DNA of 64,000 nucleotides from a bacterium (GTDB taxonomy: Bacteria; Bacillota; Clostridia; Oscillospirales; Oscillospiraceae), in contig JAHYYS010000001.1 in NCBI GenBank assembly GCA_019424865.1, positions 7,422 to 71,421 on the forward strand, written 5' to 3'. Shown piece by piece: positions 1-10,189 of this stretch. The notes under the pieces are model-generated. The model had not been told where the DNA came from. It did not search any database and saw only the letters and a list, made by a program, of their open reading frames with translations. Position numbers and translations under genes: made by a program. Positions within the stretch are counted from its first letter, which is position 1, and every line of letters starts with the position of its first letter.

Positions 1-1
1 G

Positions 2-2128
2 GAGACGGATTCCTACCGGGAGCTGGCCCGGGAGCAGGGAGAGGGATATACCTACCGGCAGACCCGGCAGAACGTGATCTATTTCAGCAGCTCCCGTTCG
101 GATACCGAGGCCTATATCGGCGCGGCCGGGGAGCTGGCGGACACCTGGGAGATCTCCGGGGACGGCTGGACCGACACCTATGAGACCTACCGCTATTCCA
201 TGCGCTGGTTTGATGGGGAGCCCCCCATGAACACCTATTACCAGTACCGCAACGGTTTTCTGGAGCGGATCCAGATCCGCCCGGAGGAGACCGGCTATAC
301 CGCGGCTCAGGTGCGGGAACTGATTGAGTCCATGTATGGCGCCCCCACCCGGGAGGAGGAGAGCCAGACCAGCTGGGCCGACCCGATTTACAGCAAGTAC
401 ATTACCCTCTCGTCTGACGATGAAGGCTGCCTGGTGACAGTGGGCAGCTACTCCGTGGGCATCACCAATGTGCTGGCCACCTATCCGGTGAGCGGCGGCC
501 AGGCCAGCATCACCGACCCGGAGGACGCGGCGGTATGGGATTACCTGTGTTCCATCCTGCCCCTGGAGGCCCGGCAGAACATCGCGGAGTTCAACCTGTT
601 CACCGACGGCACCAGCAACATCCTGGCCTACACCTCCCCGGTGCAGGTGGACGGCACCTCCGACAATACCCGGTTCTCCATCAGCATCGACTACTATGAC
701 GTATACGACGAGAACGGGGCGAAGCGGGACTGGAGCAAGCTGACCTATACCATCCTGCACGAGTATGGTCACGTGCTGCTGGAGGACGATACCCAGGTGG
801 ATCTGTCCCAGGGCGGGAGCACCCACGACCCGGAGAACTTTATCGAGGGCTCCTTCCGCAAGCGCTTCTATGACGCGTTCTGGAGTGAGCTGGGGGACAC
901 CGGCGTGGGGGACTATGAGGCCAATCCCACCCGCTATGTCAGCCGCTACGGGGCCAACTATTTCCACGAGGATATTGCGGACACCTTTGCCGTCTTTGTC
1001 CTGGGCGGGGAGCCCAAGGGGGACACTGCGGCAGAGGAGAAGCTGCGCTTTTTCTGGGCAGATTCGGATATGATCGCCCTGCGCGCTGCTATCCGGGAGA
1101 ATCTGGGCCTGAAATGGCCGGAGAAGGAACTTTCCACAGACCCGGCCCCCGGGCAGCCTGAGATCCCTGCCGTCTCCACGATGGAGGAGCTCCGGGCGGA
1201 GCTGACCCGGGCCATTTCTGCGGCAGAGCAGCCCCCTGCTTTTGATGTATCCGCCCTTTCGGTGGAGGGGGACCTGCCCATGGCCGTGAAGAATCTCTAC
1301 TACGCCATCCTGTCGGACAACCGGATGTACAGTTATGCCTACGACCTGAGTGCGCAGCTGGGAGAGGACGGGCTGCTGCACTGCACCATATCCTATATGC
1401 CATACCGCACAGGAGACTATCCGGCCGGTTTTCAGGGGACGGAAGTCAGCTCGCTCAGCGAGCTGGTTCAGACGGCCCAGGCGGGACTGGCGCAGGAGCA
1501 GATCCCTATCCGTATCACGGACAGTAGGCTGGTGGTGGACCACATGAATAAGGCTCTCCAGCAGGTGGGGGGCGGGTATCTGCTCTGCCAGCTCAGCCGG
1601 GACGGGACGGCCATTACGGTGGCGCCCCAGGGTGGGCTGAATCACCAGCAGGCGCTGGCGCGTCTGGAGGAGACGAACACCCTGGCAGAACAGATCTATG
1701 AGACCTGCGTCACAGAGGGGATGAGCCCGTCGGAGCAGGCCCAGGCCCTGTATACCTGGCTGACGCAGCAGGTCCGCTATGATTTCCGTTACTATTCCCA
1801 GCCGGAAGAGATGCCCTATGACTCTACCACCGCGTACGGTGCGCTCCATGACCATCTAGCCATCTGTGGGGGATATGCCCAGGCATATCAGCTGCTCTTG
1901 AAACAGGCGGGCATCCCCTGTATCACAGTCAGCGGAAAGATGGGGGGAGAAAACCACATGTGGAATCTGGCCAGCGTGGATGGGCAGTGGCGCTATTTTG
2001 ACCCCACCAGCGACCGGGGCCGGGCGGACTACGGCTTCAACTGCTTCGGGGTGGAGGCGGAAGCTCTGGTGCGCTATGAATGGGATCGGGAATGGGCCGA
2101 CCAGCTCTCAAAGGCTTTGTACCCGTAA
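2..2128 (+). CDS. 5'-truncated multidomain protein: zinc metallopeptidase (HEYGH) plus C-terminal transglutaminase-like domain
   Basis: Frame is open from base 2 to the window edge. Motifs TILHEYGH...YVSRYG..NYFHEDIADTF and a transglutaminase triad (ICGGYA / NHMWN / YFDPT). Confidence 0.75.
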   Translation, partial: ETDSYRELAREQGEGYTYRQTRQNVIYFSSSRSDTEAYIGAAGELADTWEISGDGWTDTYETYRYSMRWFDGEPPMNTYYQYRNGFLERIQIRPEETGYTAAQVRELIESMYGAPTREEESQTSWADPIYSKYITLSSDDEGCLVTVGSYSVGITNVLATYPVSGGQASITDPEDAAVWDYLCSILPLEARQNIAEFNLFTDGTSNILAYTSPVQVDGTSDNTRFSISIDYYDVYDENGAKRDWSKLTYTILHEYGHVLLEDDTQVDLSQGGSTHDPENFIEGSFRKRFYDAFWSELGDTGVGDYEANPTRYVSRYGANYFHEDIADTFAVFVLGGEPKGDTAAEEKLRFFWADSDMIALRAAIRENLGLKWPEKELSTDPAPGQPEIPAVSTMEELRAELTRAISAAEQPPAFDVSALSVEGDLPMAVKNLYYAILSDNRMYSYAYDLSAQLGEDGLLHCTISYMPYRTGDYPAGFQGTEVSSLSELVQTAQAGLAQEQIPIRITDSRLVVDHMNKALQQVGGGYLLCQLSRDGTAITVAPQGGLNHQQALARLEETNTLAEQIYETCVTEGMSPSEQAQALYTWLTQQVRYDFRYYSQPEEMPYDSTTAYGALHDHLAICGGYAQAYQLLLKQAGIPCITVSGKMGGENHMWNLASVDGQWRYFDPTSDRGRADYGFNCFGVEAEALVRYEWDREWADQLSKALYP

Positions 2129-2174
2129 TGAAGCGGTATTTCAGCATGACAGCGAATCCCCGGAAAAGAAACTG

Positions 2175-2224
2175 AAAATGCCGCGTATTCTGCTTCAAAA
2201 AAGAGCAGAATACGCGGCATTTTT
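2175..2224. terminator. Bidirectional intrinsic terminator
   Basis: Hairpin aaaatgccgcgtattctgct...agcagaatacgcggcatttt between convergent genes. Confidence 0.75.
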
Positions 2225-2299
2225 ACCGGTATATGGGGCGGTTTTTATAGAGGGGATCAAAACCGCACATGGGCTGCACACAGCGCCGCTGCTGGGGCT

Positions 2300-3253
2300 T
2301 CAGCGCATATGGCCTAAAATGTCCTGATACTCCGGCACGCTGGAGATGCCGCCGGGCTTTGTGGTGGACAGGCCGGCGCTGGTACAGGCAAACGAGGCGA
2401 TCTCCCGCAGCTCCGCCTCACTGAGCTGATCGGGCGCCTTTCCCAGCTGGATCAGCTTCCAGACGGCGCTGCCGCCGAAGATGTCCCCGGCGCCGGTGGT
2501 GTCGACCACCCGGATACCGCCAAGGCCCGGAACGTGCCCCCCGGCTGCGGGATTTTTGAAAAAGCAGCCGTCGGCGCCGCAGGTGACAAATACCAGCCGG
2601 GCGCCAAAATGGCGTATGATATGCCCGGCGCCCTGTTCAGGGCCAAGGCCGAACAGGAATTCCACTTCTTCCTGACTGATTTTGATGACGTCCGCCTGTG
2701 CAAGCCCCCACAGAATTTGTTCCCTGGCGGTGTCAAGGGAATCCCAAAGGGGCGGGCGGAGGTTGGGGTCATAGGTGATCAGCTTTCCGTGGGCCTTGGC
2801 ATATTGGACCGCCCGATGGGTGGTGGTGCGGGCCGGTTCATCAGTCAGGGACAGCGAGCCGAAATGGAAGATCCGGGCCTCACGGATCAGCTCCAGATCC
2901 AGCTCCTCAAAGGTGAGGCAGGTATCGGCGCCCGGCTTGCGGGCGAAAGAGAAGGAGCGATCTCCGTGTTCATCCAGGGTGACAAAGGACAAGGTGGTAA
3001 AGACATCGCGGGTAGCAGCCAGCCCTCTGGTTTCAATTCCCGCCGCGCGGAGGGTGTCCCGCAGCAGGCCGCCGAATGCGTCGCTGCCCACCTTGCCCAG
3101 CAGGGCCGTCCGCGCGCCGAATTTGGCCAGCGCAGCCAGAAAGTTGGCGGGGGCTCCGCCGGGGTGGGCCGCCATGGTTGGATAGCCCGCCGGATCCACG
3201 GATTGACAGGTAAAATCGATGAGCAGCTCGCCCAAAGCGACAACGTCATACAT
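2300..3253 (-). CDS. PfkB-family carbohydrate kinase (fructokinase-like)
   Basis: GGAPANF, YDPNLRPPLW and VVDTTGAGD PfkB signatures. Confidence 0.9.
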   Translation of the reverse strand: MYDVVALGELLIDFTCQSVDPAGYPTMAAHPGGAPANFLAALAKFGARTALLGKVGSDAFGGLLRDTLRAAGIETRGLAATRDVFTTLSFVTLDEHGDRSFSFARKPGADTCLTFEELDLELIREARIFHFGSLSLTDEPARTTTHRAVQYAKAHGKLITYDPNLRPPLWDSLDTAREQILWGLAQADVIKISQEEVEFLFGLGPEQGAGHIIRHFGARLVFVTCGADGCFFKNPAAGGHVPGLGGIRVVDTTGAGDIFGGSAVWKLIQLGKAPDQLSEAELREIASFACTSAGLSTTKPGGISSVPEYQDILGHMR

Positions 3254-3326
3254 AATCAGGACTCCTGTTAGTTGATTCGGGTGTTGATGCGGAAGTGCGG
3301 CGTGTTTCCTTTTCCAGGTATCTCCC

Positions 3327-3785
3327 TTACAGCCGCAGCCCTTTGATGTCCTTGATCCGGGACAAAATGATGTTGCAGCTGCAGCTGACCACGCCGGGCA
3401 GGGGGTCGATCACCTCCCGGATCAGCCGCTCCATCTCCTCGCTGGAGGCGGCCACTGCGTGGACGTGGAGCTTGTCCTTGCCCGTGACCCGGTAAACCTG
3501 CGTGATGGTCTCGTTCTGCCGGAGAATCTCCGTGACCTCCCACAGGGTATCGGGCAGCGTTTCAATTTCAAAATAGCAGGACACCGCGCCGCTGATTTTC
3601 TGCGGGTTGATGATGATGGTGTACTCCTCAATGATTCCCCGCTGCTCCAGCGCCTGAATGCGGGCCTTCACGGCCACCCGGGAGATCCCCACCTTCTCCC
3701 CAATGTCGGAGTAGGAGAGGCGGGCATTTTCAATCAGCAGCTGAACAATTTTCTGATCCAGGGCATCCAATCCCTCCAGAAACAT
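3327..3785 (-). CDS. Lrp/AsnC family transcriptional regulator
   Basis: LDALDQKIVQLLIENARLSYSDIGEKVGISRVAV HTH; divergent from the MATE gene. Confidence 0.92.
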   Translation of the reverse strand: MFLEGLDALDQKIVQLLIENARLSYSDIGEKVGISRVAVKARIQALEQRGIIEEYTIIINPQKISGAVSCYFEIETLPDTLWEVTEILRQNETITQVYRVTGKDKLHVHAVAASSEEMERLIREVIDPLPGVVSCSCNIILSRIKDIKGLRL

Positions 3786-3924
3786 GGACCATCACCTCTT
3801 TGCGTCTGTGTCCCTATTATAAAGCCGAAGAGACGAAATGTAAATGAAAGGTTGACTTTGCCGGCCCGCATTGCTACAATGATTACAAAACGTAAGTTTA
3901 AACTTTCGGTTTGGATGTGGTGAG

Positions 3925-5289
3925 ATGAACAAGGACCTGACCCGGGGGCCGGTGATGCGCTCCATGCTGCTGTTTGCCGTGCCCATGATTTTGGGGAATC
4001 TTCTGCAGCAATGCTACAATGTGGCCGATACGCTGATTGTCAGCTGGTATCTGGGCCCAAACGCACTGGCGGCGGTGGGTTCATCCTTCACTCTGATGAC
4101 CTTTCTGACCTCTGTTCTTCTGGGGCTGTGCATGGGCAGCGGGGCCGTGTTTTCCATTCGCTTTGGACAGCGGGACGCGGATGGGCTGCGGGAGAGCGCC
4201 CGCGCCTCCTTTGTCCTCATCGCCGCGCTGACGGTGCTTCTGAATGTCCTTGCCTTTCTGTGCCTGGACGGCATCCGCCTGTTTCTTCGGGTCTCGGATG
4301 ATGCAATCTGGGCGCTGATGCGGGAGTATCTGGCGGTGATTTTCTGCGGAATTGCGGGGACGTTTTTGTATAATTATGTTTCCTGCTATCTGCGTGCCAT
4401 CGGGGATTCCATAAGCCCGCTGATCTTTCTGGCGGTTTCCGCCCTGCTGAATATCGGCCTGGATTTGTGGTTTGTGCTGGGGCTGGAGCGTGGGGTGGCC
4501 GGCGCTGCGGAGGCAACGGTGATTTCCCAATACGTCTCCGGCGTTGGCCTGGGGATTTTTGCGCTGATCCGCTGCCCCCAGCTGCGCCCCCGGCGGGGCG
4601 ACACCCCCATTCGCTGGTCCAAAATCCGGGAAATTGCCAGCTTTTCCATTCTGACCTGTGTGCAGCAGTCGGTGATGAATCTGGGGATCCTGATGGTCCA
4701 GGGGCTGGTCAACAGCTTTGGAGAGACTGTCATGGCGGCCTTTGCGGCGGCTGTGAAAATTGACTCCTTTGCCTACATGCCGGTGCAGGACTTCGGCAAC
4801 GCCTTTTCCACCTTCATTGCCCAGAACTATGGGGCGAGGGAGGAGGGGCGCATCCGCGCCGGGCTGAAGGGCGCGGTGCTGACGGCGCTGATTTTCTGCC
4901 TGGCGGTGTCCGCTCTGGTGTGGCTCTTTGCCCGTCAGCTGATGACGCTGTTCGTGGCGCCGGAGGAGGCAGAAATTATTGCGGAGGGCGTCCGCTATCT
5001 GCGCATTGAGGGGGCCTTCTACTGCGGAATCGGCTTTTTGTTCCTTCTGTATGGCCTGTACCGGGCGCTGGGACGGCCCGGGATGAGCGTCGTGCTCACG
5101 GTTATTTCGCTGGGGACCCGGGTGGTGCTGGCCTATGTGCTCTCGGCCGTTCCGCTTTTTGGCGTGGCAGGTATCTGGTGGGCGGTGCCCATCGGCTGGT
5201 TCCTGGCGGATATGACGGGATTTCTCTATTATGCCGCGCGGAAGCGGCGCCTGTTTGCCTGGGAGAAACAGGCTGGATCGTGCGGATAA
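3925..5289 (+). CDS. MATE family efflux transporter
   Basis: DLTRGPV..MLLFAVPMILGNLLQQCYNVADT, two-repeat membrane architecture, FIAQNYGA. Confidence 0.92.
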   Translation: MNKDLTRGPVMRSMLLFAVPMILGNLLQQCYNVADTLIVSWYLGPNALAAVGSSFTLMTFLTSVLLGLCMGSGAVFSIRFGQRDADGLRESARASFVLIAALTVLLNVLAFLCLDGIRLFLRVSDDAIWALMREYLAVIFCGIAGTFLYNYVSCYLRAIGDSISPLIFLAVSALLNIGLDLWFVLGLERGVAGAAEATVISQYVSGVGLGIFALIRCPQLRPRRGDTPIRWSKIREIASFSILTCVQQSVMNLGILMVQGLVNSFGETVMAAFAAAVKIDSFAYMPVQDFGNAFSTFIAQNYGAREEGRIRAGLKGAVLTALIFCLAVSALVWLFARQLMTLFVAPEEAEIIAEGVRYLRIEGAFYCGIGFLFLLYGLYRALGRPGMSVVLTVISLGTRVVLAYVLSAVPLFGVAGIWWAVPIGWFLADMTGFLYYAARKRRLFAWEKQAGSCG

Positions 5290-5306
5290 ATCCACGTTAG
5301 AAGCAG

Positions 5307-5339
5307 AAACGGGTCAAGGCGTTTCGCCTTGACCCGTTT
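5307..5339. terminator. Bidirectional terminator hairpin
   Basis: aaacgggtcaaggc-gtttc-gccttgacccgttt between convergent genes. Confidence 0.8.
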
Positions 5340-5383
5340 GTCTGTTGGCCTGCCTCCGGGGAGGAGGCGGTCAGAGCGTCATG

Positions 5384-6184
5384 TTACAGCTTGGAAACCT
5401 GATAAACCACAACAAAGCCGCCGAGGAACGTGAGCACGCACGGAATAAGCCCAAGGGCCGACGGGATTCCGGGGAAGATAGTGGGAACAGAGGCGATCAC
5501 AAACCCCAGAATGATCAGGTAGGTCGCCTGGGGATAGGCGGACATCAGGTGCTCCAGCAGCTTGGTGGTCAGAATAATGCCCAGGATCAGTCCCAGAGCG
5601 AGGGGGAGCAGGAAAAGGAGATCCAGACTGTCAATGGCGCGGATCAGCTGGTCGTACAGGCCCAGCACCAGAAACAGATAGGAGACGCTGATGCCGGGCA
5701 GGACCAGGGCCGCTGCTGCAAAGATGCCGGAGAGCACCAGGAGGGCATACTGCCACGGGCCGCTGGCGGCAGCCAGACGGATCGAGGGAGTTCCGGAGAG
5801 CAGCAGCACAATGGCCACGCCGATCAGCACATAGACCGGGACACGCCAGGAGAAGGAGGTCACAGAGGACTTTTGATACGTCATGGGAATGCTGCCCGCC
5901 ACCGCGCCCATGAAAAAGCAGCCTGCGGGCTTTGGGAACAGCTCCATAAGGCAGAGCAGCGGCTTGGCCAGCAGAAGCATGCCGCACCCCGCCCCCAGGC
6001 AGAACCAGAGCAGGAAAAAGAAGCTCTCCCGCTTGTGCCGGCGGAAGGAGCTGACCGCTGAAATCAGCCGGTCATAGATGCCCAGCATAATGGCCATCGT
6101 GCCCCCGCTGACACCGGGTATCAGCATGGTTCCGCCAATTGCGGCCCCCTTGGCCGCGGTAATCAAGCGTTCTCTCTTTCTCAA
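5384..6184 (-). CDS. DUF368 family membrane protein (undecaprenyl-phosphate translocase family)
   Basis: IPGVSGGTMAIMLGIYD and repeated LPGISVS motifs. Confidence 0.85.
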   Translation of the reverse strand: MRKRERLITAAKGAAIGGTMLIPGVSGGTMAIMLGIYDRLISAVSSFRRHKRESFFFLLWFCLGAGCGMLLLAKPLLCLMELFPKPAGCFFMGAVAGSIPMTYQKSSVTSFSWRVPVYVLIGVAIVLLLSGTPSIRLAAASGPWQYALLVLSGIFAAAALVLPGISVSYLFLVLGLYDQLIRAIDSLDLLFLLPLALGLILGIILTTKLLEHLMSAYPQATYLIILGFVIASVPTIFPGIPSALGLIPCVLTFLGGFVVVYQVSKL

Positions 6185-6189
6185 GGCAG

Positions 6190-6861
6190 TTACGGCTGGA
6201 TATCCCGTTCAAAGCGGTCGATTTTGTCCGCCTTTCCAATCACAGTGACAATGTCCCCCTCCTGAAAGCAGTATTGGGGGGAGAATTCCACGTTGGTCTG
6301 TTGATCCCGTTCCACGGCGATGATGTTGATGCCGAAAACCCGGCGGATATCCAGCTCCTGAATGGTGTGGCGCAGCAGGCTGCCCCCCGCCTGAATCCGG
6401 CGAACCTCCACATGATCACCCAGAGAGATATAATCAATCAAATACTTGGAGATAAGGCGCTTGCCCATGAATACCGCCATATCTGCCTCCGGGTAAACCA
6501 CTGTGGCCCCCAGCTGTTTGAGCACCTCCCCGTGTTCCCGGCTGTTGGCCTTGGAAATGACCTGGGGAATGCCCATGCGGATGACCAGCATAGTAGTCAG
6601 AATGCTTACATCAAGCTGCTCCCCGATGCAGATGGTTACGGTTTCACAGTTCTGAATCCCGGTTGCCTCCAGGGATTCCTCGTCAAGGGTCTCCACAACA
6701 AAGGCAAAATCCGTATATTTCCGTACGGCCTTGACCTTTTGCTCGTCCTTATCCACTGCAATAACCTCCTTGCCCGCTTCGGCAAGGGTTTTAACCAGGG
6801 CCGTGCCGAAACGCCCAAGCCCAATCACACCAAAGGAAGTAGCAGAAGTTTGTTTTTTCAT
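6190..6861 (-). CDS. ktrA: KtrA/TrkA potassium uptake regulatory subunit
   Basis: VIGLGRFG Rossmann motif, VVYPE, RCK-C domain. Confidence 0.88.
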   Translation of the reverse strand: MKKQTSATSFGVIGLGRFGTALVKTLAEAGKEVIAVDKDEQKVKAVRKYTDFAFVVETLDEESLEATGIQNCETVTICIGEQLDVSILTTMLVIRMGIPQVISKANSREHGEVLKQLGATVVYPEADMAVFMGKRLISKYLIDYISLGDHVEVRRIQAGGSLLRHTIQELDIRRVFGINIIAVERDQQTNVEFSPQYCFQEGDIVTVIGKADKIDRFERDIQP

Positions 6862-6867
6862 AATTAC

Positions 6868-8163
6868 CTACCCTATTGTAATAGATTCCTCCGTATAGCG
6901 GACACTGGGCTCTTCCCGGTTGATCCACATGGACAGCAGGGTAAAAGCCCCCAGACGCCCAATATACATGGTAAGGATAATCACTGCCTTGCTGGCAACC
7001 GAGAGATTCGGTGTAATTCCGGTGGACAGGCCAACCGTACCAAAGGCGGAAACTACTTCAAACAACAGCTGTATGAAAGTACAGCCCGGCTCCAGGATGC
7101 AAAGCAGAAATGTGCCGCAGCAGACCACCAACAGGGACAAAAGAGCGATTACCGCCGCTTTTGACAAAGCTTCAGCCGGAAGCGTGCGATGAAAGGCCCC
7201 GGGCCGGCGCTTGGAGAAGACGGAACGCACCTCCTGCATCAGAATGAAGAAGGTGGTGGTTTTGATGCCGCCGCCGGTGGAACCGGGGGAGGCGCCGATG
7301 AACATCAGGATAATCAGGGTAAACAGCCCGGCATTGGTCAGCTCGCCGATGGGATAGGTGGAAAAGCCGGCAGTACGGGCCGATACGCTGTGGAAAAAGG
7401 CCCCCAGCCAGGTCATCTCTTCAGTAGCCTTCAGCAGCAGCGTGCCGATGATCAGCAGGGCGGCTGTGGTAGTCAGAACCACCTTGGAGTGGAGGGTCAG
7501 CTTCCGGAAGCTGCGGCAGCGCTTGATATCCAGCATCACCAGAAAGCCCAGGCCGCCGCAGATAATCAGCCCGCAGGTGGTCAGGTTCAAAAGAATATTG
7601 CTCTGATAAGGGATCAGGTTGCGCAGCCCGCCCAGAATATCAAATCCGGAGTTGTTGAACGCGGCAATGGAGTGGAAAATGCTGATCCACAGGGCGTGCA
7701 GGGGGGAGTAATCCTGAACAAAAACAAGAAAACTCAGGACCATGCCGGCGGCCTCGAAGCACAGGGTCATCATCAGCACGGCCTTGACCAGACGGACCAT
7801 GCCCTTGAAGCTGTCCACGTTCAGGGCCTCTTTAATCAAAAGCCTGCCCCTGATGCCGACCTGCCTGCCTGCGGCCAGAATCAATCCCATGCCGACAGAG
7901 GTGACGCCCAGACCGCCGATTTGGATCAGGGCTGCCACAACAGCTTGGCCAAAAACAGTGAAGTGATCCGCCGTGTCGATGGCAATCAGGCCGGTGACGC
8001 ATACGGCGCTGGTAGAAGTAAACAGTGCGTCAATAAAGGTGACCTCCGCGTCCGGCCGCACCGAGACGGGAAGCAGAAGCAGCAGACTGCCCAAAAGGAT
8101 GACCGCTGCAAATCCCAGGGCAATCAGCCTGCCGGGCGGCTGCTTTTTCAAAAACTGAATCAT
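6868..8163 (-). CDS. ktrB: KtrB/TrkH potassium uptake membrane subunit
   Basis: SAVCVTGL, FNNSGF, RTAGF, GSTGGGIK, SAFGTVGLS pore loops. Confidence 0.9.
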   Translation of the reverse strand: MIQFLKKQPPGRLIALGFAAVILLGSLLLLLPVSVRPDAEVTFIDALFTSTSAVCVTGLIAIDTADHFTVFGQAVVAALIQIGGLGVTSVGMGLILAAGRQVGIRGRLLIKEALNVDSFKGMVRLVKAVLMMTLCFEAAGMVLSFLVFVQDYSPLHALWISIFHSIAAFNNSGFDILGGLRNLIPYQSNILLNLTTCGLIICGGLGFLVMLDIKRCRSFRKLTLHSKVVLTTTAALLIIGTLLLKATEEMTWLGAFFHSVSARTAGFSTYPIGELTNAGLFTLIILMFIGASPGSTGGGIKTTTFFILMQEVRSVFSKRRPGAFHRTLPAEALSKAAVIALLSLLVVCCGTFLLCILEPGCTFIQLLFEVVSAFGTVGLSTGITPNLSVASKAVIILTMYIGRLGAFTLLSMWINREEPSVRYTEESITIG

Positions 8164-8248
8164 GGTTTGTCCTTCCGGGCAGATTGGGGGATGCGGCGGA
8201 AAGGCCGGAATCCTGTGCCTGCCCCTGGCTTCTAAAACTAAGGCTCCC

Positions 8249-8872
8249 TCAGGAGTTTTTCATGACAACGCTTTCCACCGTGTCTGCAACATGCTCGCAG
8301 GCGTCCACGCACTTCTCCAGATAGATAAAAATCTCGCGCCAGACCATAATCTCGATGGGATCGGTGCAGGTGGTATGCAGGGTGCGCAGACTGGTAATAA
8401 ACCGCTGGTCTGCCTCCTCCTCCAGGGTGTTGATGCGGACAATGTGGTCGTGCAGATGCTTGGAACGCTTGAAATCAGCAAACTCCGCGATCATCTGCTT
8501 GGCCTCCTGACAGCACTGGATGATGACCTCGGACAGCTCCAGTGCCTCCGGCCGGATGCTCTGGATGTTGTTGCAGTAGATCCGCAGCAGGACGTCCTCA
8601 ATTTTATCGGTGACCTCGTCGATATTCTGGCTGAGAAGAATAATATCCTCCCGCTCGATGGGGGTAATAAACGCCTTGGCCAGCACATTCAGCAGCGCGT
8701 GCTTCTTTTCATCGGCCGCGTGCTCCACCGCGTGCATCTCGTCGAGCATTTCCTCAATCCGCTGGGGGGCAAAATCCCGCATGGCCTTGTTCAGCAGCTG
8801 GGCCGCCTGACAGGAAAAGTCAATGCATTCCGTAAATGTTTCAAAATAAAAGGAATCTTGCTTCTTTGCCAT
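8249..8872 (-). CDS. DUF47 family phosphate transport regulator
   Basis: EHAADEKKH, FITPIEREDI, LEEEAD; adjacent to pit. Confidence 0.88.
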   Translation of the reverse strand: MAKKQDSFYFETFTECIDFSCQAAQLLNKAMRDFAPQRIEEMLDEMHAVEHAADEKKHALLNVLAKAFITPIEREDIILLSQNIDEVTDKIEDVLLRIYCNNIQSIRPEALELSEVIIQCCQEAKQMIAEFADFKRSKHLHDHIVRINTLEEEADQRFITSLRTLHTTCTDPIEIMVWREIFIYLEKCVDACEHVADTVESVVMKNS

Positions 8873-8923
8873 ATCGTACGCTCCCTTACACTATGTACTT
8901 GCTGTGTGCATGAAAAACAGCCC

Positions 8924-9976
8924 TTACAAAACCGCCATAAACAGCTTGGCCATCACAAAGCTGATGAGGCCGCAGCCGGGGAAGGTAAAGACCCACGTAA
9001 GCATCATGTCCTTGACCACGCCGAAGTTGATGGCGGACAGGCGCTTGACCGCCCCCACGCCCATAATCGCGCTGGTTTTGGTGTGGGTGGTGGAGACGGG
9101 AATGCCGAACAGGCTGGACAGCAGCAGGCAGACAGCCGCGGACAGGTCGGCGGCAAAGCCCTGGTATTTTTCCAGGTGTACCATATCCATGCCCACCGAT
9201 TTGATGATTTTCTCGCCGCCCACGCTGGTGCCAACGCCCATTACCGTGCTGCACAGGATCATCAGCCACACGGGAATCACCATGCCGCTGACACTGCCCT
9301 GCCCGTTGCTGAAGGCAACGCCCAGAAACAGCACACCGATAAACTTCTGCCCGTCCTGAGCTCCGTGCATAAAGCTCATGGCGGCGGCGCCGAAAATTTC
9401 CGCGCCCTGGAAAAAACGGTTGGTCTTGTGCCGGTTCATCCCGGCGCAGAGGATGGTCAGCAGCTTGCAGACCGCCCAGCCGCACACAAAGCCCAGCAGC
9501 AGACTTAAAACCAGACCATAGATGACCTTGATCCATTCGTCCATATTGATGCCGTCCACGCCATTTTGAATGGCGATGGCAGCGCCGGAGAGCCCGGCAA
9601 TCAGGCTGTGGCTCTCGCTGGTAGGGATGCCGAAACGGGCTGCCGTCACGCTGTACACCACGATGGAAAACAGCGCAGCACACAGGGCGACCAGAGACTC
9701 CCGGGTGTTCCCGCCAAAGTCCACCATGTTGCTGATGGTGGAAGCCACCGAGCTGTTGATGTGGGTCATGATCAAAACGCCCAGAAAATTAAATACCGCA
9801 CTGGTGAGAATAGCGGTGCGGGCGTTGAGACAGCGGGTGGTGATGCAGGTGGCAATGGCATTGGGCGCGTCGGTCCACCCATTGACAAAAATGACGCCGA
9901 GGGTCAGCAGTACTGTAATCAGCAATACCGGGTTGGAGGACATGGCCTGCAGGAAATAGGAGAGCGAAACTTCCAT
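8924..9976 (-). CDS. pit: PiT family inorganic phosphate transporter
   Basis: NGWTDAPNAIAT, GIPTSESH, HGAQDGQK, GIPVSTTH; ATG at 9976 after gaaggtg RBS. Confidence 0.9.
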   Translation of the reverse strand: MEVSLSYFLQAMSSNPVLLITVLLTLGVIFVNGWTDAPNAIATCITTRCLNARTAILTSAVFNFLGVLIMTHINSSVASTISNMVDFGGNTRESLVALCAALFSIVVYSVTAARFGIPTSESHSLIAGLSGAAIAIQNGVDGINMDEWIKVIYGLVLSLLLGFVCGWAVCKLLTILCAGMNRHKTNRFFQGAEIFGAAAMSFMHGAQDGQKFIGVLFLGVAFSNGQGSVSGMVIPVWLMILCSTVMGVGTSVGGEKIIKSVGMDMVHLEKYQGFAADLSAAVCLLLSSLFGIPVSTTHTKTSAIMGVGAVKRLSAINFGVVKDMMLTWVFTFPGCGLISFVMAKLFMAVL

Positions 9977-10072
9977 AAAACACCTTCTCAAATCAATAAA
10001 AAGGCAGTGCCTCCCAAATCAGAAGCGCTGTCCATCCAAACGAAAAGTCTTCAATCATCTCTCTGTTCAAAA

Positions 10073-10153
10073 CTTCCGCCGGCACGAAATCCAGAAGGGG
10101 GCAAAGGCCTTGGGGCTCATACCCAAAAGGCGCATCATATCGGCGGCGAAAAG
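10073..10153 (-). promoter_or_regulatory. Candidate structured cis-regulatory leader RNA of the pit-DUF47-ktrBA operon
   Basis: About 180-nt leader. Outer stem CUUUUCGCCG/CGGCGGAAG encloses hairpin GCCUUUUGGG-UAUGAG-CCCCAAGGC. Confidence 0.35.
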
Positions 10154-10160
10154 CATGTAT

Positions 10161-10189
10161 AACATAACACTAAAACCCACCTGCGTCAA
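10161..10189 (-). promoter_or_regulatory. Sigma-A-type promoter for the pit operon
   Basis: TTGACG-17 bp-TATGTT with extended -10 TG. Confidence 0.55.
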
